DNA of 64,000 bases. It comes from a virus. Its lineage: Duplodnaviria > Caudoviricetes. A model generated the notes under the pieces. It worked only from the letters and a program-made list of their open reading frames with translations, was not told the origin of the DNA and made no database searches. The translations under genes and the position numbers were made by a program. Positions 31,001 through 37,962 of this stretch are shown in pieces. How positions within the stretch are numbered: the first letter of the stretch is position 1; every line of letters begins with the position of its first letter. Location of the stretch: positions 6,121 through 70,120 of IMG/VR virus record IMGVR_UViG_3300005805_007239. One strand, written 5' to 3'.

Positions 31001-32152
31001 TGAAAACCCGCTTACCCCACTATAGCCCGAATAGCCAGAGTAGCCTGATACACCACCTACGCCTGAGTAGCCAGAATACCCAGAAAAACCGCTTATACCT
31101 GAATACCCGCTGTAGCCCGAATACCCGGAACTGCCTTGACCACTATAACCAGAGTAGCCACTAAAACCACTTACACCGCTATAGCCAGAATAACCTGAGT
31201 AACCCGAAATACCACCGAATCCAGAATAACCTGAGTAACCAGAGAACCCGCTTATACCAGAATAGCCGCTGTACCCTGAATAACCAGAACTACCTTGACC
31301 GCTATACCCGGAGTAGCCACTTGTACCAGAGTATCCGCTATAACCAGAATAACCAGACTGTCCATCAATACCTGAATACCCGGAGTAGCCGCTTATTCCA
31401 GAATACCCTGAATAACCACTATAACCTGAAACTCCATCAAACCCAGAGTAACCGGAGTAACCGGAGTAGCCAGAATAACCAGATTCTCCCATGTAGCCAG
31501 AGTATCCACTGTAACCAGATTCTCCTTTTCCGGAATAACCACTATAACCGGAATAACCAGAGAACCCGCTTGTACCGCTGTAACCAGAATACCCGCTATA
31601 ACCGGAAGCTCCATTAGTACCCGGTACACCCCCACCTATTTCATACCAAGACGTACCATCACTAATTAAAGTAAAGCTAGCATTAGTACTAACAGTTTTA
31701 GTAGTAACCATTCCATTAAGGTTACCAGTTAAATCTATACTACTTGCGCCTTTATTAACTAAAGTTAAAAATCTACCACTATATGTAGACGGGTCTGGTA
31801 ATTGAGCAGTTGTACTACCTGGAGTATCAAAAAACGCAACAGAAGTATCTCCTAACGGATATGTCCCAGAAGAAGTGTATTGTTCAAGGGCATACGCTAA
31901 TGTTTGCGCGCTTAAACCAGATACTTGTATAGTATTAGTGTTGTCTATGAAAATATTATTTTCACTCGACCAATACCGGGTACCGGATACATCAGAAGTA
32001 GCAATGTATCTATATGCATTATTACCTGAAGGAGCTCCTAAGTTAGGCTCAGCGTTGCTTTGCCCTAAAAACGCATAACGACCTGGATCAGAACTTAACG
32101 GGGGTGTTGTTTTTACCCGGCCACTTAAAAACTGTGGAGTATAATTACTCAT
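25007..32152 (-). CDS. Giant (Gly-X-Ser)n repeat fibre protein with an internal C1q-like domain
   Basis: 2381 aa: an N-terminal domain of about 175 aa, then about 2000 aa of GYS/GFS/GIS/GTS triplets, interrupted by a globular insert at about 29056-29505. Ends in PFDPIFLLMGG. Confidence 0.85.
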   Translation of the reverse strand: MSNYTPQFLSGRVKTTPPLSSDPGRYAFLGQSNAEPNLGAPSGNNAYRYIATSDVSGTRYWSSENNIFIDNTNTIQVSGLSAQTLAYALEQYTSSGTYPLGDTSVAFFDTPGSTTAQLPDPSTYSGRFLTLVNKGASSIDLTGNLNGMVTTKTVSTNASFTLISDGTSWYEIGGGVPGTNGASGYSGYSGYSGTSGFSGYSGYSGYSGKGESGYSGYSGYMGESGYSGYSGYSGYSGFDGVSGYSGYSGYSGISGYSGYSGIDGQSGYSGYSGYSGTSGYSGYSGQGSSGYSGYSGYSGISGFSGYSGYSGFGGISGYSGYSGYSGVSGFSGYSGYSGQGSSGYSGYSGYSGISGFSGYSGYSGVGGVSGYSGYSGYSGVSGFSGYSGYSGQGSSGYSGYSGYSGVSGFSGYSGYSGTGGISGYSGYSGYSGISGFSGYSGYSGQGSSGYSGYSGYSGISGFSGYSGYSGTGGTSGYSGYSGYSGISGFSGYSGYSGTGTSGYSGYSGYSGISGFSGYSGYSGRSGYSGYSGTGGTSGYSGYSGYSGISGFSGYSGYSGIGTSGYSGYSGYSGTTGGSGYSGYSGYSGTSGFSGYSGYSGTGSSGYSGYSGYSGYSGVSGFSGYSGYSGTGTSGYSGYSGYSGVSGFSGYSGYSGTGGISGYSGYSGYSGTSGFSGYSGYSGISGFSGYSGYSGYSGVGGASGYSGYSGYSGTIGFSGYSGYSGYSGTGGVSGYSGYSGYSGRSGYSGYSGYSGVGTSGYSGYSGYSGTSGFSGYSGYSGTGSSGYSGYSGYSGYSGISGFSGYSGYSGVGTSGYSGYSGKGESGYSGYSGYSGTIGGSGYSGYSGYSGVSGFSGYSGYSGTSGYSGYSGAVGFSGYSGYSGAANVLSPSDYLTVGTLSANYSIANGADTLIPFVAYHDAKSWWNATTKRLTPTVAGYYNIEISVWWATGAVNNNQYNTQVRKNNNTFAIYQDVINTSVGQSQGGSRVIYLNGTTDYIDFTVYSGNSANVDIQQGGTADSAGTHFSAYLVAYGQSGFSGYSGYSGRSGYSGYSGYSGISGFSGYSGYSGYSGISGFSGYSGYSGYSGVGTSGYSGYSGAAGTGGTSGYSGYSGYSGISGFSGYSGYSGYSGIGTSGYSGYSGYSGIGASGYSGYSGYSGISGFSGYSGYSGYSGVSGFSGYSGYSGAAGTGGTSGYSGYSGYSGISGFSGYSGYSGYSGISGFSGYSGYSGATGTGGVSGYSGYSGYSGISGFSGYSGYSGISGFSGYSGYSGYSGIGASGYSGYSGYSGISGFSGYSGYSGYSGVSGFSGYSGYSGATGGGGTSGYSGYSGASAIDGSSGYSGYSGYSGRSGYSGYSGYSGVGTSGYSGYSGIGTSGYSGYSGYSGVSGFSGYSGYSGTGGTSGYSGYSGYSGVGGVSGYSGYSGYSGISGFSGYSGYSGYSGVGTSGYSGYSGYSGISGFSGYSGYSGYSGISGFSGYSGYSGATGTGGTSGYSGYSGYSGISGFSGYSGYSGYSGTGGLSGYSGYSGYSGVSGFSGYSGYSGYSGTGGVSGYSGYSGYSGVSGFSGYSGYSGYSGVGTSGYSGYSGYSGTGGISGYSGYSGYSGTSGFSGYSGYSGIGTSGYSGYSGYSGISGFSGYSGYSGYSGIGTSGYSGYSGIGTSGYSGYSGVGGSSGYSGYSGYSGVSGFSGYSGYSGQGTSGYSGYSGYSGISGFSGYSGYSGYSGVGTSGYSGYSGYSGTGGVSGYSGYSGYSGVSGFSGYSGYSGQGTSGYSGYSGYSGYSGISGFSGYSGYSGYSGTGTSGYSGYSGYSGISGFSGYSGYSGYSGTGGLSGYSGYSGYSGTSGFSGYSGYSGVGGISGYSGYSGYSGVSGFSGYSGYSGVGTSGYSGYSGISGFSGYSGYSGRSGYSGYSGYSGVGTSGYSGYSGYSGTGGVSGYSGYSGYSGISGFSGYSGYSGTGGTSGYSGYSGYSGISGFSGYSGYSGTGGISGYSGYSGYSGISGFSGYSGYSGTGGTSGYSGYSGYSGISGFSGYSGYSGTGGTSGYSGYSGYSGRSGYSGYSGYSGTGGISGYSGYSGYSGISGFSGYSGYSGTGGTSGYSGYSGYSGISGFSGYSGYSGTGGISGYSGYSGYSGISGFSGYSGYSGTGGISGYSGYSGYSGRSGYSGYSGYSGTGGISGYSGYSGYSGVSGFSGYSGYSGTGGISGYSGYSGYSGISGFSGYSGYSGTGGISGYSGYSGYSGISGFSGYSGYSGTGGISGYSGYSGYSGISGFSGYSGYSGTGGISGYSGYSGYSGRSGYSGYSGYSGTGGISGYSGYSGYSGYSGYSGTTGTTGSSGYSGYSGYSGTSGFSGYSGYSGATGTFDGTTVPFDPIFLLMGG
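25216..26350 (-). repeat. Higher-order tandem repeat, 14 x 81 bp (27 aa)
   Basis: The GTG-G(I/T/V)S anchor recurs at exact 81-bp spacing from 25216 (25216, 25297, 25378 ... 26269, 26350). Copies differ mainly at synonymous positions. Confidence 0.9.
30814..31291 (-). repeat. Higher-order tandem repeat, 159-bp (53-aa) period
   Basis: The GQGSS anchor recurs at 30814, 30973, 31132 and 31291. Confidence 0.85.
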
Positions 32153-32505
32153 TATTGCGTATTAAGAGCTTCTAGAACCGAGAATGTAATGGTTATACCG
32201 GAAGCGCTACTATAAGCAAGTAGTTGATCAAATTCTTCTAAAACTAACTTACCAATAGTTAAGTTGACTGTATCGTTACCTGGAACCTGAAAGTTTTTAA
32301 CAATATCAAAGTACTCTTTACCAGTAACAGTATAATTATTACCAGATAATCCTAAAGAAACCGTTAAAGTACTAGTAGTTGTATTACTTGCTAAAGCTGT
32401 AAGAATAATGGCGGCGCGGTCGAACGGAGCTTCATAGTAAACTGTAGCAGAGGTATCCAGTTTAGCGGATACTCTTCTAAAAAAATTCAGTGGTGTTTGC
32501 GCCAT
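32152..32505 (-). CDS. Small beta-sandwich virion structural protein (distant paralogue of 24661-24990)
   Basis: Y.AP...AAII.TAL.SN...VPGNDTV.L..GKLVLE..D.L. Shares the VPGND motif and size with 24661-24990. Confidence 0.65.
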   Translation of the reverse strand: MAQTPLNFFRRVSAKLDTSATVYYEAPFDRAAIILTALASNTTTSTLTVSLGLSGNNYTVTGKEYFDIVKNFQVPGNDTVNLTIGKLVLEEFDQLLAYSSASGITITFSVLEALNTQ

Positions 32506-32512
32506 AAATTAA

Positions 32513-32518
32513 TACTTA
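32513..32518 (-). promoter_or_regulatory. TAAGTA late-promoter-like motif
   Basis: 7 nt upstream of ATG 32505. Confidence 0.5.
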
Positions 32519-34072
32519 TTCTAGAGCTAATGTTAGCGGAGTTACTAAAGCTAGAATTGATCGATTAAATGTCTCACCTTCAATTACACCAGTTTGCTGT
32601 ACAATTGTAAATTCTGGCCCCACTCTAAAGTTACCACTTTCATTTGTACTTGTTACGTATACAGCTCCTCCAGAAAGAGATACGGCTTCATTAGCAGTAT
32701 TGGATTTACCGCCTAAAGACGGTACTGCTGCTGAAAGTTGAATACCAGAACCTACATATTCCATTGTATGGGAACTAGAAGTAATGGTACTGCGTATATA
32801 AAAACGTACTAAACTACCAGCAGATAGAGTTTGCTGTACATTAGTAAGAGATTGGATTTCATAATGATATGCAGTAACCGGAGACGCAGTAACCGGTGCT
32901 ACAGTTTGTAAGGTCCATAAAGTGTTGGTAGGATCGTTTTCTATTTCTAAAATTAATCCAAGATACGGTTCAACAACTGGTGGATCATAAAACGGAAACG
33001 GTCTTGGAGTTACACCGCTTACTGAAAGTATATCTGTACCAGGTGTAGCATTTTGTACAAGTCTGCCTGTTAATACCGGGGATAAAGATTTACCAGAAGC
33101 TACTAAGCCGTATGTACCGAACGAGCAATTCGAGGTATTAATAGAGCAAGTTCCACCAGATTCAGCATAAACCCCAATAGTACAGCAAATTGTAAATGTA
33201 CTAACAAGCTGAGCATAACCATCTTTAATAATATGTATACCTAAACCACCTTGATTGAACTGAGTAAAGGAGTCAGTAACAAAGCTTCTTAAATAACCAG
33301 CTGCTAAGGAACCATCTACTCTAATACCACAGCCTGCATTATAGCCACTAACAGCAGAGGTAATAGAACTACAACCTTGTATATATGGACTAGTTACAAT
33401 AAAAGGTCTACTAGTTAAAGGTGTAACCAGGCAGCCAGGAGTATTAAACGCGATGGCGGTAAGCGCAGCAGCACTTAAATTAGGAAAAGCTGCAGCTGCT
33501 GATGGTTCTAAGTGATCTCTAAAAGTAAAGCCCCAAACGTAAACACTATTTGTGCACCAAAATATATCATAAAAAGGGTTGGTTGGTCGTATAGTAGTTC
33601 TTCTTAAGTTATCACCAATAACTGAACATGTCGGAGGTAAATAAATCGGGTTTATTTCTGTATAATCTCCAGTTGAGACAAAAATTGTATAGCGTGTTGG
33701 GGCATTTGCTGCAGCTATTGCAGCTGCTTTTTTAATTGTAAGTAAGGAATCAGAAATTGAACCTCCCGAGTTACTATCATTACCATCTTTTGAGACAAAT
33801 AGACGATTTGTTTCAGTCGTGGTTTCGGCAATAAATGGCACTAAATGTACATCTAAAGTACCGTTTTTATACCAATATTTGTATGGGATACCTGCTATTA
33901 AAAGACGTACTTCTAAAGATTGAAAACGTACCCCTGCTGGTATAGAAGCATTTGCTACTGCCTTAGCTGTAGCTTCATCTGCACCTTCATAAGGCCCGGA
34001 CCAAGCATCGACCGGTACAGCATTAACTGGCTGTATTCCATAAGGTAATTGTAGTCCAGGTGTTAGTGCCAT
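32516..34072 (-). CDS. Virion structural protein with a pectin-lyase-like beta-helix
   Basis: LFVSKDGNDSNSG.S......TIKKAA..A...TIFVSTGDYTE.NPI...VIGDNLRRT is a beta-helix N-terminal motif. C-terminal SHTMEYVGSG...TSTNESGNFRVG resembles structural proteins of T4-like aquatic phages. Confidence 0.7.
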   Translation of the reverse strand: MALTPGLQLPYGIQPVNAVPVDAWSGPYEGADEATAKAVANASIPAGVRFQSLEVRLLIAGIPYKYWYKNGTLDVHLVPFIAETTTETNRLFVSKDGNDSNSGGSISDSLLTIKKAAAIAAANAPTRYTIFVSTGDYTEINPIYLPPTCSVIGDNLRRTTIRPTNPFYDIFWCTNSVYVWGFTFRDHLEPSAAAAFPNLSAAALTAIAFNTPGCLVTPLTSRPFIVTSPYIQGCSSITSAVSGYNAGCGIRVDGSLAAGYLRSFVTDSFTQFNQGGLGIHIIKDGYAQLVSTFTICCTIGVYAESGGTCSINTSNCSFGTYGLVASGKSLSPVLTGRLVQNATPGTDILSVSGVTPRPFPFYDPPVVEPYLGLILEIENDPTNTLWTLQTVAPVTASPVTAYHYEIQSLTNVQQTLSAGSLVRFYIRSTITSSSHTMEYVGSGIQLSAAVPSLGGKSNTANEAVSLSGGAVYVTSTNESGNFRVGPEFTIVQQTGVIEGETFNRSILALVTPLTLALE

Positions 34073-34073
34073 A

Positions 34074-35417
34074 TTATGAGCGTGTTACTTGATGTCTATG
34101 AGATAAAGAATAAGGTACAGCATTATTCATTGTATAAATTTTATAACTTACAGGGGTTCCTAAATAATCATTTACCCCAAAAGATGATAAAGTATAGTTA
34201 GATGTAATGTTTACATTAAGAGCATCTAAATCTAAAACTTGAGTAAGGGTATTGCTCGTAGGCATTGCTACTACAAATATATTATAAGCAGTACCAGTGT
34301 TTAAAATAAAAGGATTGCTTAAATTAGACGTAAACCCGCGGGAACTTAAAGCGCGAACCGTCGCTGAATTACCCGGCTGTGCAGAAGCAGCTCCATAAAA
34401 TATAAGATTATTAAAGTTTATAGTCGCTGTCGCAATTACATTCTGTCCAATATAGTCTTGATACGTATCAGTAACTAGGGCTCTGTAAGCTATGCTAGTC
34501 GAGGCGCTTAACCCTGGGTTATCATGAGTAAAGCCACCTATAGCAGCAGTACCACCATAACCTGTAAGAGATACAGCTGTTAAAGACGTCCATGCTGTCC
34601 AGGTACCTGTAAATGCGCGGTATTGTAATGTATAATTAGTAAGAGACACTAATGGGCTGTTGCGCGTTATACTACCACTAATAATTGATCCGACATTGCC
34701 TTTTTCTCTTAAAGCATTAGTTTCAGGTACGTAAAGAGTTGAAAGGGCTACTACTGGTATATTAATAGTTGGGGCTATATATGGGGTTGGTGTAATATTA
34801 AGATAACCAGTACCTATACCACCGGCACTATCTGTAACAGTATATCTATAATTAAAAGGAGCTGAATTAAAATTCGTATCAGTAAAGATGTGTACAGCTG
34901 AAGGTATAAGACCAGCTGAAAGAGTTGTCCAGCTACCGGTATTGTTTCTTCTCCATGATAAGAGACCGCTAGAAAGAGAAGGTACAGGAAACGAACTTGG
35001 GTTGATTGTATAGCTGGTAAAAATTTGATTACTAATAGCAGTTTGATTAAACTGTATATTACTTGTAGAAGAAAGAGAAACGATTGGACCTAAAGGTTCA
35101 TTTGTTGCTAATAGTATAACTTGATTAGGTGTCTTGCCTGTTGCTGGTATTACATCTCCGTTTACATAACGCCCAAAAGTTTTATTATCATTTAAAACAA
35201 CTGTTATATCTTCAGTAAAAACTGCACCACCTCCTGAATAACCTGAAAATCCGGAATAACCTGAATACCCAGAAAGTCCTGATGCTCCTTGTGCTCCTGA
35301 AAAGCCTGATTGTCCTTGCGGGCCCGGATCGCCCTTTGCTCCAGAATACCCGGAAAAAGCAAGTGCCCCTGCTTCAATCAGGTCCTTGATCATCGACTTG
35401 GAGACTTTGGTAATCAT
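34074..35417 (-). CDS. Fibre-like structural protein with a short collagen/GYS tract
   Basis: GAKGDPGPQGQSGFSGAQGASGLSGYSGYS near the N-terminus, followed by Ig-like beta-rich domains. Confidence 0.6.
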   Translation of the reverse strand: MITKVSKSMIKDLIEAGALAFSGYSGAKGDPGPQGQSGFSGAQGASGLSGYSGYSGFSGYSGGGAVFTEDITVVLNDNKTFGRYVNGDVIPATGKTPNQVILLATNEPLGPIVSLSSTSNIQFNQTAISNQIFTSYTINPSSFPVPSLSSGLLSWRRNNTGSWTTLSAGLIPSAVHIFTDTNFNSAPFNYRYTVTDSAGGIGTGYLNITPTPYIAPTINIPVVALSTLYVPETNALREKGNVGSIISGSITRNSPLVSLTNYTLQYRAFTGTWTAWTSLTAVSLTGYGGTAAIGGFTHDNPGLSASTSIAYRALVTDTYQDYIGQNVIATATINFNNLIFYGAASAQPGNSATVRALSSRGFTSNLSNPFILNTGTAYNIFVVAMPTSNTLTQVLDLDALNVNITSNYTLSSFGVNDYLGTPVSYKIYTMNNAVPYSLSHRHQVTRS

Positions 35418-35495
35418 TAAGTTAAAATATCAGATTTAATACTAAACCTGTATATATTTACACTTAGTTAACAGTATTAGGTATGCAAAAATACC

Positions 35496-36206
35496 TTAGT
35501 AAATTAATCCATCATTTCGTTTTCTATTACTATTATCAAACATTTTTCTATTAGTAATAGTAGTGTTCTGTTCATGATCTGGCATATCATCATAGGCATA
35601 CAGACCTTGGTGTGTTATATTAAATATATCCGCTCTAACAAGGTAATCCGGAGCAGCGGTAATACCGTATTTAACACAATGTGCAATTAAGTTCTTAGCC
35701 ATAGTAGGATCAACAGCATACGAATGAGTACGCAATAGAAAATGGTAGTTGTTACCATCAGATCCATGTAAAGGTATTTTACCTATAGGCCAGCCTCGTT
35801 TAGCCCATTCTATACAGCCTAGATAAACTATTGAATTAAAATGTTCAAATTGCTCGAACTTCTTAACCATAATAGCATCATGTTCTAATACTACTATTGG
35901 TTTATCTATCTTAGCACATTCTAACCAAAGACTAAAATGACTTAACGTACATGCAACTTCAGATTTAGTTTTATAATGATCTGTTACTTTAAGTATCTTA
36001 AAAATAGATTCATCTTTAAACCTTTCTGGAGTCTTTATACCCTCTCCGGTGCCATCGAAGGCATCCCAGACTTCATATTCCATGCCTACGTTTTTGCATG
36101 ATTCTTGGCACCGAAGAGAGTACTTTTCTGACTTCTCGTTACCTTTAATAGTAACAATATAAGCCTTTTCTACATTAGTTTGGTAAGAATAATTAAGATT
36201 TAGCAT
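35496..36206 (-). CDS. Glycosyltransferase family 25-like
   Basis: AYIVTI...S......S......E.WDA.DG...EVACTLSHFSLW......KPIVVLEHDA is a GT25-type motif set. Start placed at ATG 36206. Confidence 0.7.
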   Translation of the reverse strand: MLNLNYSYQTNVEKAYIVTIKGNEKSEKYSLRCQESCKNVGMEYEVWDAFDGTGEGIKTPERFKDESIFKILKVTDHYKTKSEVACTLSHFSLWLECAKIDKPIVVLEHDAIMVKKFEQFEHFNSIVYLGCIEWAKRGWPIGKIPLHGSDGNNYHFLLRTHSYAVDPTMAKNLIAHCVKYGITAAPDYLVRADIFNITHQGLYAYDDMPDHEQNTTITNRKMFDNSNRKRNDGLIY

Positions 36207-37926
36207 CTTCTTCTCTAGCAGCAATTACAGCTTCCAAGTCCTTATGGTCATAACGACCAGCCTTATGTACTTGTATCAGTATTCTAGTTGCTAGAGCCAC
36301 GTTATTAAGGTGGTTAATAGAATAGTCTAGTTCTTCTTGAGTAATCTTACCCTGCTTCATTCTTGCTTCATAAGGAGCGGTATATTCAAACTGAATATCG
36401 CATACCTCAATATCAATATCATGTTCAAAACCAAGTAATGATTCAGTATCTCCATTCTGTGCTTTCTGTATAAGATTTCTCTTATTAAACAGATGGAACA
36501 TACCTACAGTAATAGCTCTCTTATGAGTAGGATCATCTAGAGCGGTATCACATCTCCAGTGCGGTACAACAATTTCCCAGATTGCACCATTACCGCTGAT
36601 TCTATACATTTCTTTTATGACTTTAATAAAGTCATCTCCAGTAGTACCTAGATGCTCTAGAATGTCTTTAGCTACAATGTGGTCAAACTCACTGTCTTTC
36701 CAAGGCCAAGGAAACTGCTCAAGATCTACTACTTGATCTGGTTTTACTACTGCATACTTGTCGACGTTAAGGAAGTTCTTAAACTTCTTTAGACCGCAAC
36801 CAAGATTAATTCTCTTCTTTTCTCTATCTTCATTAGGTAGATCGATATGAGCAAGTTTATATTTTTCTTCTAGCTCTTTATAGATCTTCTGGAAAGGCTC
36901 ATTCCACTTTTCAAAGATCTTCTGACGGAAAACTCTGACTGTCTTATAGTATGGACTGCTCTCACTATTCGGAGAACCCGGAGTCCAAGTATGGTAAGGT
37001 AGTACCGGTACAAGTACCCATACCTCTTTACCCATAGCACCTGCAAGATGGGCAATACTTGTACATGAAGTAATTACTAAGTCTAAGTTAGCAATTGCTC
37101 CCATAGTATCTTCCCACGAAATAAGAAGATGCTGTAAATCAGTAATGCCTTCCGGTAGTTGAATAGTATTATGGTCTCTCTGTAAGCTATAAACCTGTAG
37201 TTCTGGGTACTTTGCTAGGTTGGTAATAAAGTTCTCTGGAAAGCGCCGGAACTGTTGATGTTCAAACTTAGGATTACCAGCCCAACGTATACCAACTTTA
37301 ATCTTATCTGACTTTATAATTGTCTTCCAGATGTCTACGGTTTCAGGTCTTGGGGTGAGATAAGGATCATTCGGAAACTTATCAAAAGTATGACCAGCAA
37401 TCCAACCAGCACTAAAACCAGGTATCCAGAAATCGTGTTGTACAAGGTGAGTCTGGTTTCTTGCAATTACTTTATCTACTCCCTTAATACGAGAGAAAAT
37501 AGATATCATTTCCGGTACAGTTGCAATATATACCTTTTCTGCGCCTAGTTCTTTATAGGTAGTAGCAAAGCGAGAATGAATAATTTCATCTCCATACCCG
37601 CCTTCAAGGGAAATAATAATAGACTTACCCTTTAGAGTATGTGTTTCTGGGTTATAAATTGGAGCATCGGTTCTAAGAGGTGGAGAACCATAAACATTCA
37701 AAAATCTTCCATGTTCTAGTAAGCGACATCCGGCTTGGTAATCTCCGTCTTGAATAAGAAACCACCCTCTATTAAAGCAATGACGGAACCATATATCTTG
37801 AGTGGCTTTACCGTTCATATCTAACACTTTATCGGGACCGAGCTTTTCTAATTTGTCTGAAATAGCCCGGGCTTCTTTGTTCTTACCTTCAATCTGAAGT
37901 TTTAACATTAAGTCAATGTCATGCAT
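36193..37926 (-). CDS. GT9-like (GT-B) glycosyltransferase fused to a class I SAM-dependent methyltransferase
   Basis: EGGYGDEIIHSRF...KVGIRWAGNP...LDLVITSCTSIAHLAGAMGKEVWVL is GT9/heptosyltransferase-like. INLGCG...VD...DLEQFPWPWKDSEFDHIVAKDILEHL is Methyltransf_11-like. Confidence 0.8.
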   Translation of the reverse strand: MHDIDLMLKLQIEGKNKEARAISDKLEKLGPDKVLDMNGKATQDIWFRHCFNRGWFLIQDGDYQAGCRLLEHGRFLNVYGSPPLRTDAPIYNPETHTLKGKSIIISLEGGYGDEIIHSRFATTYKELGAEKVYIATVPEMISIFSRIKGVDKVIARNQTHLVQHDFWIPGFSAGWIAGHTFDKFPNDPYLTPRPETVDIWKTIIKSDKIKVGIRWAGNPKFEHQQFRRFPENFITNLAKYPELQVYSLQRDHNTIQLPEGITDLQHLLISWEDTMGAIANLDLVITSCTSIAHLAGAMGKEVWVLVPVLPYHTWTPGSPNSESSPYYKTVRVFRQKIFEKWNEPFQKIYKELEEKYKLAHIDLPNEDREKKRINLGCGLKKFKNFLNVDKYAVVKPDQVVDLEQFPWPWKDSEFDHIVAKDILEHLGTTGDDFIKVIKEMYRISGNGAIWEIVVPHWRCDTALDDPTHKRAITVGMFHLFNKRNLIQKAQNGDTESLLGFEHDIDIEVCDIQFEYTAPYEARMKQGKITQEELDYSINHLNNVALATRILIQVHKAGRYDHKDLEAVIAAREEDAKS

Positions 37927-37933
37927 ATAACTG

Positions 37934-37939
37934 TATTTA
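37934..37939 (-). promoter_or_regulatory. TAAATA late-promoter-like motif
   Basis: 7 nt upstream of ATG 37926. Confidence 0.5.
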
Positions 37940-37962
37940 ACAGACTTAAAAAGAAAAACAAC

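Noticed and set aside
35430-35485. Imperfect inverted repeat upstream of 35417
   Set aside because: AT-rich, interrupted pairing and no U-tract. Not supportable as a terminator or operator.
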